64,000 bases of DNA, taken from the IMG/VR virus record IMGVR_UViG_3300008107_000033, positions 41,623-105,622 of that record. One strand, 5' to 3'. Of this stretch, positions 32,066-40,878 are shown piece by piece (position 1 is the first letter of the stretch; each line of letters starts with the position of its first letter). Position numbers and translations under genes: made by a program. Source of the stretch: a virus. The notes beneath the pieces were generated by a model, which had not been told where the DNA came from, did no database searches, and saw only the letters and a program-made list of their open reading frames with translations.

Positions 32066-34180
32066 ATGATGTCAACAGAAATCGAAAATGGTAATCCAGA
32101 TCTAGCATACGCAGCTTCAAAACAGGCATCAATGTTTTCTTTTAGGTTAACAGATGACTTTGTCACCAGCTATAAAGATAAGGTAGTTCCATTTGGATAT
32201 AGAGACGCTGCTGGAAATTCGGTTGGAGAAATAACTTTCTTGCGCACATATTCTAGATTAAAAGATGATGGAACAAAAGAATCATGGACTGACGTTTGTG
32301 AAAGAGTAATCAATGGAATGTACTCGTTGCAAAAAGACCACTGCAAAAAGAATCGTCTCCCATGGAATGACGCAAAGGCTCAGGCTTCAGCAAAAGAAGC
32401 ATTTGATAGATTGTTTAATTTAAAGTGGACTCCACCTGGACGTGGGCTTTGGGCAATGGGCACTAACATTGTTAATGTGCAGAAGAATTCGGCAGCGCTT
32501 CAAAACTGTGCATTTGTATCTACAGCAGAAATGAATAAGTTTAATCCAGCTAAGCCATTTGCATTCTTAATGGAAGCATCAATGCTGGGTGTTGGAGTTG
32601 GTTTCGATGATAAGGGTGCAGACAAGGATTTTACTATCTTTGAACCTAAAAAATCAGATACAAACATTCCAATTATAATAGCTGATACAAGAGAGGGTTG
32701 GGTTGAGTCAACCGCCCTACTACTAAATTCATACTTAAAACCAGATCAAGAGTCAGTAGAATTTGACTACACATTAATTCGCCCAGCTGGAACTCCAATT
32801 AAAACATTCGGTGGCGTAGCTGCAGGTCATGAGCCATTGGAAAAATTACATAATCATATAAGAAAGATGTTTACTGGACGTAAGGGCGATAAGTTAACGC
32901 GTGTAGATATAGCGGATATTGGGAACGTTATTGGGGTATGCGTGGTATCCGGAAACGTTCGTCGTTCAGCAGAGTTATTGATAGGTCGTTTGGATGATCA
33001 GGATTTCTTAAATCTCAAAAATTCAGAACGCTTTCCTGAGCGTAACTCATATGATTCATCTGCTCCAGGTTGGGGCTGGATGTCCAACAACTCAGTCGAA
33101 ACAGCAGTCGGTGCAGACCTCTCTTCTATAGTTGAGGGTATATCTTTGAATGGTGAACCAGGTGTTATTTGGATGGACATGTCTCGTAAGTATGGAAGAC
33201 TTGCAGATCCAGCAAACAATAAAGATCACAGAGTTGCTGGCTACAATCCATGTGCGGAGCAATCCCTAGAGTCATACGAGTGCTGCACACTAGTAGAAAC
33301 ATACCTCAATCGTCACGATAGCTTGGAAGATTATAAGCGTACCCTAAAGTTTGCGTACCTGTATGCTAAAACGGTTACACTACTCCCTACTCACTGGGAA
33401 GAAACAAATGCAATTATGCAACGTAACCGTCGCATCGGTGCTTCAATGTCAGGGGTTGCAAACTTTGCCGATAGAGTAGGCGTGCCAGCTTTACGCGATT
33501 GGATGGATCAAGGTTATAAGACTATTCAGCGTTACGACAATGTTTATTCTGAGTGGCTTGGAATTCGTGAGTCAATTAAGATGACAACAATTAAGCCATC
33601 TGGAACTGTTTCAATCCTTGCTGGAGAATCACCAGGAGTCCACTGGACACCAGGTGGAAAGTTCTTCAATAGAACAATACGTTTCTCAAATGACGACCCA
33701 ATGTTGCCATTATTTAAAATGGCAAACTATAGAGTTGAGCCAGCTTCTGAATCTCCGGACACTACGTCTGTAGTGTATTTCCCAATTAAGTCAGATGCTG
33801 CAAGAGCAGAGCGTGATGTAACAATATTTGAAAAGATGTCTTTAGCTGCAACAGCTCAAAGATACTGGTCGGATAATTCTGTATCTGTTACAATATCCTT
33901 TGACAAGGATACTGAAGCCCAGCATGTTGGTACCGTGTTACACATGTATGATGGTCAATTAAAGACTGTATCATTCCTACCTAGCGGAAATGACACGTAT
34001 CCCCAAATGCCTTATACTCAGATAACAGAAGAAGAGTATGTAGATGCTGGTGTAAAGCTATTCCCAATAGATCTTACTGGTGTATACGCAGGAATGGCAT
34101 CAGATGCAATTGGCGAAAGATACTGCACAACAGATTCTTGTGAAATTAAGTTCATAAAGGATAACTCAAAAGCCAATTAA
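32066..34180 (+). CDS. nrdJ: Class II (adenosylcobalamin-dependent) ribonucleotide reductase, monomeric RTPR type
   Basis: TFLRTYSR, PPGRGLW, ALQNCAF, VVSGNVRRSA, GYNPCAEQSL, TTIKPSGTVS and C-terminal CTTDSC. Confidence 0.93.
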   Translation: MMSTEIENGNPDLAYAASKQASMFSFRLTDDFVTSYKDKVVPFGYRDAAGNSVGEITFLRTYSRLKDDGTKESWTDVCERVINGMYSLQKDHCKKNRLPWNDAKAQASAKEAFDRLFNLKWTPPGRGLWAMGTNIVNVQKNSAALQNCAFVSTAEMNKFNPAKPFAFLMEASMLGVGVGFDDKGADKDFTIFEPKKSDTNIPIIIADTREGWVESTALLLNSYLKPDQESVEFDYTLIRPAGTPIKTFGGVAAGHEPLEKLHNHIRKMFTGRKGDKLTRVDIADIGNVIGVCVVSGNVRRSAELLIGRLDDQDFLNLKNSERFPERNSYDSSAPGWGWMSNNSVETAVGADLSSIVEGISLNGEPGVIWMDMSRKYGRLADPANNKDHRVAGYNPCAEQSLESYECCTLVETYLNRHDSLEDYKRTLKFAYLYAKTVTLLPTHWEETNAIMQRNRRIGASMSGVANFADRVGVPALRDWMDQGYKTIQRYDNVYSEWLGIRESIKMTTIKPSGTVSILAGESPGVHWTPGGKFFNRTIRFSNDDPMLPLFKMANYRVEPASESPDTTSVVYFPIKSDAARAERDVTIFEKMSLAATAQRYWSDNSVSVTISFDKDTEAQHVGTVLHMYDGQLKTVSFLPSGNDTYPQMPYTQITEEEYVDAGVKLFPIDLTGVYAGMASDAIGERYCTTDSCEIKFIKDNSKAN

Positions 34181-34181
34181 A

Positions 34182-34190
34182 TGATATAAT
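34182..34190 (+). promoter_or_regulatory. Extended -10 promoter giving a probable leaderless thyX mRNA
   Basis: TGATATAAT followed by 7 nt and then ATG 34198; no SD. Confidence 0.6.
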
Positions 34191-34197
34191 ATATCCT

Positions 34198-34911
34198 ATG
34201 GAAGATACTAATAATATAGGAAAATCCATAGCTGTTTTAAATAATGGCTATGTTAGATTAGTTGATGTTATGGGTTCGGATCTTTCTGTTGCAAATGCGG
34301 CTAGAGCTTCGTTTGCAAAAGAAAGTTCCCAAATGTCAACCGACGACGCTAGATTGATAACTTTTCTTGCGAGAGAAAATCATATGTCGCCGTTTAGACA
34401 CGCCTTTGCCACCTTTGAATTTAAGGCTCCACTCCTCGTTGCCAGACAGCACTGGAAGTATGTCGTAGGCGCTGATCACACTATGGACTCTTGGAATGAA
34501 TCGTCTCGTAGATACGTTACGATGGATCCGGAATTTTATATTCCAAAATCTAGTGAATGGAGACTTGCTCCAGACAATAAGAAGCAGGGTTCTGGTGGCC
34601 CCATAGACCCTTGGACGGGTTCTATTTTGACCGAAGAGCTAAAGAAGTATGTAGAGCAGGGAGAGGCCTTGTACACGATGGCAATGGGCAATGGAGTCGC
34701 CCCAGAGCAGGCTCGCTTGTTCCTGGCAGCCTATGGAATGCACGTTGTATATAGGTGGTCTTGCAGTCTGCAGTCGATTGCTCTGTTCCTAAATCAAAGA
34801 TTAGCAGAAGATGCTCAACATGAGATAACTGACTACGCAAAAGCGGTACAGGAATTAATAAATCCCCACTTCCCGATCTCACTATCATGCTTAGTGAGTA
34901 GCTATGTATAA
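34198..34911 (+). CDS. thyX: Flavin-dependent thymidylate synthase
   Basis: GYVRLVD, NAARASF, HMSPFRH, ARQ...WNESSRRY, APEQARLFL, AQHEI motifs. Confidence 0.92.
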   Translation: MEDTNNIGKSIAVLNNGYVRLVDVMGSDLSVANAARASFAKESSQMSTDDARLITFLARENHMSPFRHAFATFEFKAPLLVARQHWKYVVGADHTMDSWNESSRRYVTMDPEFYIPKSSEWRLAPDNKKQGSGGPIDPWTGSILTEELKKYVEQGEALYTMAMGNGVAPEQARLFLAAYGMHVVYRWSCSLQSIALFLNQRLAEDAQHEITDYAKAVQELINPHFPISLSCLVSSYV

Positions 34912-35074
34912 AGATTTATTGCTATCAGTGTTATTGACAATTTGTTTTAACTGGACAATAGCCATGCAGATACTTAACCAGACATCTAAAGATAAAAGAA
35001 CTAGAATATTTTCTGTGGCACTTGCTTTAGTCACTCCATTTATATTCGGTTTAATTATATTTTCATTGTTATGA
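34904..35074 (+). CDS. Small two-TM membrane protein (56 aa, not in ORF track)
   Basis: MYKDLLLSVLLTICFNWTIAM...IFSVALALVTPFIFGLIIFSLL; fills the gap, with ATGA overlap into 35071. Confidence 0.65.
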   Translation: MYKDLLLSVLLTICFNWTIAMQILNQTSKDKRTRIFSVALALVTPFIFGLIIFSLL

Positions 35075-35538
35075 AACAATTTTCTAAAAAAGATATTCAA
35101 TTCATGAGACTATGTTTTGAGGCATCAAAGATTTTTTCCACGTGCGGAAAAAAACAGTACGCTGCCCTGCTAGTAGATGATATGAATCATATTGTTGGCT
35201 TTGGCTACAATGGAGGACCAAGAAATACAGTCCACTGCAAAGATGGTGGATGTAAAAGATTCTTAGAAAATTCTCAAAGTGGTTCAGTATACGACAACTG
35301 CATAGCAATTCATGCAGAAGCAAATGCACTTCTTCATTCTGATTATAATTCAAAGCCAACAAAGCTTTATGTGAATGGACCACCCTGCTTCAACTGTGCT
35401 AAGCTTATATGTAATAGCACATTAAAGACGGTCTATTATTCGGAGGACTCAGATTATAAAAACTGGGAAGAAGTAAAGTCTTTTATTAATAATGCAAATA
35501 TAGAAACTATAAAGGTAGATACGAGTGCCAGCATCTAA
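35071..35538 (+). CDS. dCMP deaminase
   Basis: STC, GYNG, HAEANA and PCFNC zinc motifs. Confidence 0.9.
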   Translation: MKQFSKKDIQFMRLCFEASKIFSTCGKKQYAALLVDDMNHIVGFGYNGGPRNTVHCKDGGCKRFLENSQSGSVYDNCIAIHAEANALLHSDYNSKPTKLYVNGPPCFNCAKLICNSTLKTVYYSEDSDYKNWEEVKSFINNANIETIKVDTSASI

Positions 35539-35752
35539 ATTAAATTATGTTGTAGTATACAAAAACCATAGTCAAGTATATGGTTGTTCATCTCCAAAGA
35601 TAGCAATTGAATCTCCGGCTCCAGATGGCTTAACACAAGAGGATAAAAATATATTCTTTGTTACATTTGAACCAGATACTGATAATATATGTCTTCACAA
35701 ATATGAGCATGACGCTATTGGCGGCTTTGATTTGGATGATAAAAGTAAGTAG
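35525..35752 (+). CDS. Hypothetical protein
   Basis: 75-aa ORF, GTG start overlapping the upstream gene. Confidence 0.55.
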   Translation: MPASKLNYVVVYKNHSQVYGCSSPKIAIESPAPDGLTQEDKNIFFVTFEPDTDNICLHKYEHDAIGGFDLDDKSK

Positions 35753-35757
35753 GAATT

Positions 35758-36000
35758 ATGGCTAAGAAAATAAATGAAAAGAAAAAAGTAAATATTAAGC
35801 TTGAATCAGGTCAAACATATCTAATAACATCAATAGATGAGATGTTGCAAATAGCAAATTCCCTGATACACTTAGCGTCGTCTGCAAAGGATGAAAAAGA
35901 AAGATCAAATATTCTTCATCTAAGCGAAGAAGCAATAAAGGCCATAAATGAAAATCAATTCATTAGTAAAGTAACCCACGAGGAAGATGATAGCTGGTAA
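35758..36000 (+). CDS. Hypothetical protein
   Basis: 80-aa ORF with SD AGGA. Confidence 0.6.
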   Translation: MAKKINEKKKVNIKLESGQTYLITSIDEMLQIANSLIHLASSAKDEKERSNILHLSEEAIKAINENQFISKVTHEEDDSW

Positions 36001-36002
36001 AA

Positions 36003-36806
36003 ATGATTGACCTATGTGTAGTCAACTATAATACAAAAGATTTACTTAAGCGCTTTTTGGATTCGCTTCATAGTGATGTAAATGAACAAAATAAGATATG
36101 GAATCTTTACATATCAGATAATGGATCTTCTGACGGCAGCTGGTCTTGGATAGAACAAAATAGAAGTTCATATCAGATTACTGCAGGGTGGAACAATGAC
36201 AATATTGGTTACTCCGCAGCATGCAATGGCATGGCTAGTTATTCGTCCGGAGACATACTTTGCTTGTTGAACGCAGATGTTTGGCTAACAACTAATGATC
36301 TAGTTAAAGTTCAAAACATATTTGATAGCAACCCTGATATCCACATACTTGGACCAAAGCAGAGAGATGAAAATGGTTTCATCACACATGCTGGAATTGT
36401 AGGAACTAATACCGCTCCAGCACATAGGGGTTGGAGACAGCATGATCCTAATGATGTCTTATTTAAGGATAGAATAGAATGTGTGACAGTTTCTGGCTCA
36501 GCATATTTTATTAGAAGATCTGTATGGGAAGCTTTAAGATATGATTCTGAGTACGCAAAAATGTATCCAGGAGCGTTAGGTGCTTTCCTACCAACTCCTC
36601 ACTATTATGAAGAGACTTGGTGCTCATACTTTGCTCGTCACCGCGGATATAAAGTGGTATATGATGGTAGTGTATCAATTGGCCATAGCTGGCATGCCTC
36701 TTCCCCAAAACCAGGTAAAGGTTTTAGTTATGCAGATAGTCAATTTAAAATAAGCCAAGAAATATTTCGCAAAGCATGTGATCAATTAGGAATAGAAAGA
36801 GATTAA
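36003..36806 (+). CDS. Glycosyltransferase family 2 (WbbL-like)
   Basis: VVNYNT, DNGSSDGS, NIGYSAACN, LLNADV, VSGSAYFIRR, YYEET. Confidence 0.88.
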   Translation: MIDLCVVNYNTKDLLKRFLDSLHSDVNEQNKIWNLYISDNGSSDGSWSWIEQNRSSYQITAGWNNDNIGYSAACNGMASYSSGDILCLLNADVWLTTNDLVKVQNIFDSNPDIHILGPKQRDENGFITHAGIVGTNTAPAHRGWRQHDPNDVLFKDRIECVTVSGSAYFIRRSVWEALRYDSEYAKMYPGALGAFLPTPHYYEETWCSYFARHRGYKVVYDGSVSIGHSWHASSPKPGKGFSYADSQFKISQEIFRKACDQLGIERD

Positions 36807-36807
36807 T

Positions 36808-37209
36808 ATGTCAGATCAATTTAATGTTTACTTATATAACGCAGAAGTTATTAAGGTTGTAGATGGTGATACCTTTAAGATTAATATAGACTTAGGTTTT
36901 GAAGTTAATATAGGACCAAAGAGCGTAAGACTTTATGGAGTAAATACACCAGAAAGTCGCACTACAAATCTTGAAGAAAAAAAGATGGGGCTTGCAGCAA
37001 AAGAATTTACTGATCAGTGGATTAAGAAAGCTAATAATAAAGTCAAGATCGAAACTATCTTAGATAAAAACGAGAAGTATGGTAGAATTCTTGCTAGAGT
37101 ATGGAACGAAGCTGGCGAATGTCTTAATACAGAAATTGTTAAGGCTGGATTAGCTAGAGAATACTTTGGTGTAGGCGACAAAACTTTTAACGAATTCAAG
37201 AAGGCATAA
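36808..37209 (+). CDS. Thermonuclease (SNase family)
   Basis: VVDGDT, VRLYGVNTPE, KYGRILA, LNTEIVKAGLA. Confidence 0.9.
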   Translation: MSDQFNVYLYNAEVIKVVDGDTFKINIDLGFEVNIGPKSVRLYGVNTPESRTTNLEEKKMGLAAKEFTDQWIKKANNKVKIETILDKNEKYGRILARVWNEAGECLNTEIVKAGLAREYFGVGDKTFNEFKKA

Positions 37210-37637
37210 TGCAAACATTTTTACCATACGCAGATCTACAAGAATCAGTTCGGGTATTAGATTACCGTAGACTCGGAAAGCAAAGAGTAGAAACTTTTCA
37301 AGTATTAAATATATTACTTGATCGCACACCCACTAAAGGTTGGCGCAACCATCCAGTTACATTGATGTGGTCTGGATATGAAACAGCTCTGCAGTTATAT
37401 CAAAACTATACGATTCAAGAATGGGTCAATAGAGGGTACAAGAATACAATGCAGTATGAGGAAGTAGATCTTGATTCACTAATTATGCCATCGTGGTTTG
37501 GTTTAGAGGAATTTCATCGTTCACATAGGTCTAATTTACTTCGTAAGGACTATGAATATTATTCTCAATATTTTGATGAAGATCCAACACTAGAATATTA
37601 TTGGCCAACGGAGAAGTGTAGTGCAGTACTTGGGTGA
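37209..37637 (+). CDS. MSMEG_6728-like / pyrimidine-dimer DNA glycosylase family protein
   Basis: MQTFLPY...LDYRRLGKQRVE...GWRNHP...MWSGY...HRSHRSNLLRKD. Confidence 0.85.
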   Translation: MQTFLPYADLQESVRVLDYRRLGKQRVETFQVLNILLDRTPTKGWRNHPVTLMWSGYETALQLYQNYTIQEWVNRGYKNTMQYEEVDLDSLIMPSWFGLEEFHRSHRSNLLRKDYEYYSQYFDEDPTLEYYWPTEKCSAVLG

Positions 37638-38181
37638 TGGCATTTATTGTCTTGAAGATTTTTTTCCTTTACACAAAAAATTAAAAGAACAAGTAATATC
37701 AGAATGCAAAGTAGCCGAATTTACGGATTATGAAAATAATAAAATACCAGTTGATACAGTAAATAAATCTGGTTATTTTTTAATAAAAAAAGAATCTTAT
37801 TTATATGATTTAATCTTAGAATTAAACTTAAGCATTGAATCAAAAATTGAATCATTTTTTAATAAAAAATTTATAAGTCAATGGAAAAATACAGAAAATA
37901 TTGGAGTTATATCACGCTATGCAATCGGTGGTTCGCTACCAGATCACGCAGATAGGGTTCATTTAACCGGTGAATATTATTCTTATTCATGTGTTTATTA
38001 TATAAATGAAAACTATAAAGGTGGTAGACTTTTTTTCCCAGAAAAAAACATAGGAATAAATCCAAAAGAAAATTCTATAGTTTTTCTACCTTCACATCTA
38101 ATACATAGATCAGAAGAGATAACAGATGGCGAAAAAATAGTTTCCGCAACTTTTTTTAAGGAGACAAACAATGCAGACTAG
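37621..38181 (+). CDS. 2OG-Fe(II) oxygenase (prolyl-4-hydroxylase-like)
   Basis: HAD...YINENYKGGRLFF...HRSEEITDGEK. Confidence 0.8.
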   Translation: MQYLGDGIYCLEDFFPLHKKLKEQVISECKVAEFTDYENNKIPVDTVNKSGYFLIKKESYLYDLILELNLSIESKIESFFNKKFISQWKNTENIGVISRYAIGGSLPDHADRVHLTGEYYSYSCVYYINENYKGGRLFFPEKNIGINPKENSIVFLPSHLIHRSEEITDGEKIVSATFFKETNNAD

Positions 38182-38584
38182 AGTATTTTTATCCGGTGCC
38201 ATAGAAGACGTTCAGTCAGATTTTAAATATAGTTGGAGAGATGAAGCTACATCCCTTTTAGACAATAGGGGATTTAAGGCTGTCAACCCACTAGACTATG
38301 CTTTGGAAGAAGAAAATTGTGAGCCAAAAGAAATAGTGGATAAAAATCTTTTTCTACAAAAAAGCTGTGATATTATTTTGGTAGAATACAGATTGTTATA
38401 TAGGGCATATATAGGTACAGATTTTGAAATGACTTGGGCTCATTTAAATAATCAACCAATAATTGTTTGGGCTCATCAAGATCTACAGCATAGAATTTAT
38501 CTTAAGTTTCTTGCCACAAAACTTGCAGACACACTAGAGGAAGCTGTAGAATATATTTGCAATACATATCCATCAAATAAATAG
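38171..38584 (+). CDS. Nucleoside 2-deoxyribosyltransferase-like protein
   Basis: VFLSGAI...WR...NP...CDIILV...GTDFEM. Confidence 0.75.
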   Translation: MQTRVFLSGAIEDVQSDFKYSWRDEATSLLDNRGFKAVNPLDYALEEENCEPKEIVDKNLFLQKSCDIILVEYRLLYRAYIGTDFEMTWAHLNNQPIIVWAHQDLQHRIYLKFLATKLADTLEEAVEYICNTYPSNK

Positions 38585-38599
38585 CCGAAAGGAAAACTA

Positions 38600-38794
38600 A
38601 TGGCTGAAAATAAGTTCAAGTACTTCACAATTACTACAACCTCAATTGTCAAGGCACCTACTGTAGCTGAGGCACAGAAGATTGCATCGAGCAATTCGCG
38701 CAAGGTATCTGGAACTCGTGGAGAGCTCTTGTTCAAGGATGTTGATGTTCAGCGCATCACAGCTATTGAAGCAAGAGAACAAATCGAAGGTTAA
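38600..38794 (+). CDS. Small hypothetical protein
   Basis: 64 aa, SD AAAGGA, followed by a terminator-like hairpin. Confidence 0.7.
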   Translation: MAENKFKYFTITTTSIVKAPTVAEAQKIASSNSRKVSGTRGELLFKDVDVQRITAIEAREQIEG

Positions 38795-38807
38795 TTATTA
38801 TTGGATC

Positions 38808-38838
38808 GGGGTGGTGGCGTGATAGCTACCACCCCTTT
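38808..38838 (+). terminator. Intrinsic terminator-like hairpin
   Basis: GGGGTGGTGGC-GTGATA-GCTACCACCCC then TTT. Confidence 0.65.
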
Positions 38839-38852
38839 AATTAAGGACAAAA

Positions 38853-39566
38853 ATGTCTAATCAAAAAATCATTGCCCAAATAGTTGGAAGAAATGAAGAA
38901 GATAGGTTTTTAAAAAGCGTTTTAAGTAGACTATCAACTCAGGTTGATGAAATTGTTTTTACTGACGACTGCTCCGAAGACAATACCGCAAAGATAGCTG
39001 CAGATTACGCTCATGTATATAAAACATCTGAGCCAACGTTTGCTGTGCATGAGGGAAGACTAAGAACAACTGCTTGGTCTAACTTAGAAAAGCATGCTAA
39101 TCCAGGAGATTGGATCATTGCTATAGATTGCGATGAAATGTTATATAGTTTGAGCAATATAGATTCTCCAGACGTAAGAACAGTATTAAATTCTTCGGAA
39201 AAAGATGTTGTAAATGTGAGATTTTATCACATGTGGAACGAAACCGCATATAGAGTAGATAAGCTTTGGGCACCAAACAACAGCTCAAGAATATTTAGGT
39301 TTATATCTGGTGGTCAATTTGCTGACAGAGCTTTGGCGTGTGGATCTGAGCCAACATATGTGTCTGAATGGATCAAGAGAAGAAACTTTTGGGTAAATTC
39401 TGGTCTAGTAATGCAACATCTTGGTTACATTTTTGACCAAGATAAGCAAAAGAAATATGAAAGATACTCCCAAATAGATGGTGGAAAGTATCATAATTTA
39501 TCTCACATTAATTCTATATTAGATGAATCTCCAGTATTAATTAACTGGGGAAACTTTGGACTTTAA
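38853..39566 (+). CDS. Glycosyltransferase family 2
   Basis: RNEEDRFL, DEIVFTDDCSEDNT, WIIAIDCDE, HLGY. Confidence 0.85.
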   Translation: MSNQKIIAQIVGRNEEDRFLKSVLSRLSTQVDEIVFTDDCSEDNTAKIAADYAHVYKTSEPTFAVHEGRLRTTAWSNLEKHANPGDWIIAIDCDEMLYSLSNIDSPDVRTVLNSSEKDVVNVRFYHMWNETAYRVDKLWAPNNSSRIFRFISGGQFADRALACGSEPTYVSEWIKRRNFWVNSGLVMQHLGYIFDQDKQKKYERYSQIDGGKYHNLSHINSILDESPVLINWGNFGL

Positions 39567-39575
39567 GGAATATCT

Positions 39576-40229
39576 ATGAAAAACGTAAACAAATCCCTTA
39601 TTCAATTAACAAGTTTGATGAACAGCAATCAAAAATTTGCCTTTATTAACATATCAAAATCTTCAATTATAGGATTAAATAAAAAGAGCGAAAAGTCTTT
39701 TGCTCCAAATATCTCTAAAGAAATAATTAATTCTATTAATATCTCTGGAAATAGAGTTATGAAAAATGTTTCCTATGATTTAATGAAAGAAATATCTGAA
39801 GGAAAGCATTCGGCAATCGGATTAAATAAGGAAACATACTATCATTCTCCAAATGTTTTTGAGTACTACTTCGAAAACAATAAGGATGTATTTGATTCTA
39901 TTGTTTCTTTCTACATTAGAAATACTCCATCAGTAGTCGTTTCTCTGCATGATCAAAAAAGAGTTTCAAATGTTCTTGGATTAAAAGATAATGTTATTAA
40001 TATTTCATATGGCAATATGTATAAGAAACATGAAGAAATCTTTAATGATATAGCAAAGTTAAATAACAAAGTTCAATACTGCCTGTTGGACTGCAGCTCA
40101 TTAGGGCTTGCTCTATCTCATAAGATATGGAACGAATTAAATATGTCTATTATAGACCTAGGCAAAACATTAAACTTTATCAAGGACAACAACCAAAACT
40201 CGGCAGCTATAACAGCAGCACATGCCTAA
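39576..40229 (+). CDS. Hypothetical protein, possibly GT-D-fold glycosyltransferase-related
   Basis: C-terminal LALSHKIW...SIIDLG resembles the GT-D C-terminus; adjacent to a GT2 gene. Confidence 0.4.
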   Translation: MKNVNKSLIQLTSLMNSNQKFAFINISKSSIIGLNKKSEKSFAPNISKEIINSINISGNRVMKNVSYDLMKEISEGKHSAIGLNKETYYHSPNVFEYYFENNKDVFDSIVSFYIRNTPSVVVSLHDQKRVSNVLGLKDNVINISYGNMYKKHEEIFNDIAKLNNKVQYCLLDCSSLGLALSHKIWNELNMSIIDLGKTLNFIKDNNQNSAAITAAHA

Positions 40230-40878
40230 CAGTTTCCAGGATAGAGAAGAAGTAGAACACTTAACCGATCTATTATTTGATACATCCATGTCCTTGGCTG
40301 AGATAGCCAAGGAACTTGGGTGGACTATAAACAAGTTAAACAAAGAAATAAATAGACTTGGTTTGAGTTGGTTAAAGAACTCTAAGAAAAAAATGTCTAG
40401 AGGACAAACCGCTCTAACTGCAATCATGCAGAAGCTTCTTCCTGGAGAAAAAATAGTTAACGAGTTTCACATTGGTGATCGACTTAAGTTAGATGTTTAC
40501 TGTCCAAAATATCAGATAGCTGCTGAATATCATGGGAGACAACATTTTTTTTATACTCAAAGATTTTTTGATTCAAAGTATGAATTCGAAGAAGCTCTTG
40601 AGAGAGACAATAAAAAAATGGAGTTGTGCAAGCAAAATGGTATAGCTCTTATTGTTTTTAGGTATAATGATAAGTTGACAGAAGAGTCAGTCTTTGAAAG
40701 AATGATGGAAGCCATTAGGCATAGTCCATATATTCCCAAGGATAAACCCAAAAAAAATGTTGTAGATACAACAGCTTATAAGATGGTTAAGAAGAAAAAT
40801 TCTGAGTATAGAAAAAAAGCATACAGATTGGCAAAAGAAAAAAGAAATGACAGTGGAAACAACAAACGAAATAAATAA
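40222..40878 (+). CDS. HTH plus DUF559/Vsr-like endonuclease domain protein
   Basis: MSLAEIAKELGWT HTH; LKLDVY...AAEYHGRQHF...RDNKKMELCKQNGIALI. Confidence 0.75.
   Translation: MPNSFQDREEVEHLTDLLFDTSMSLAEIAKELGWTINKLNKEINRLGLSWLKNSKKKMSRGQTALTAIMQKLLPGEKIVNEFHIGDRLKLDVYCPKYQIAAEYHGRQHFFYTQRFFDSKYEFEEALERDNKKMELCKQNGIALIVFRYNDKLTEESVFERMMEAIRHSPYIPKDKPKKNVVDTTAYKMVKKKNSEYRKKAYRLAKEKRNDSGNNKRNK

Noticed and set aside
40847-40878. 32-nt overlap between the endonuclease and dnaB as another frameshift
   Set aside because: No in-frame CGG-A, and both proteins look complete; ordinary gene overlap. The same applies to 37621-37637 and 57258-57277.
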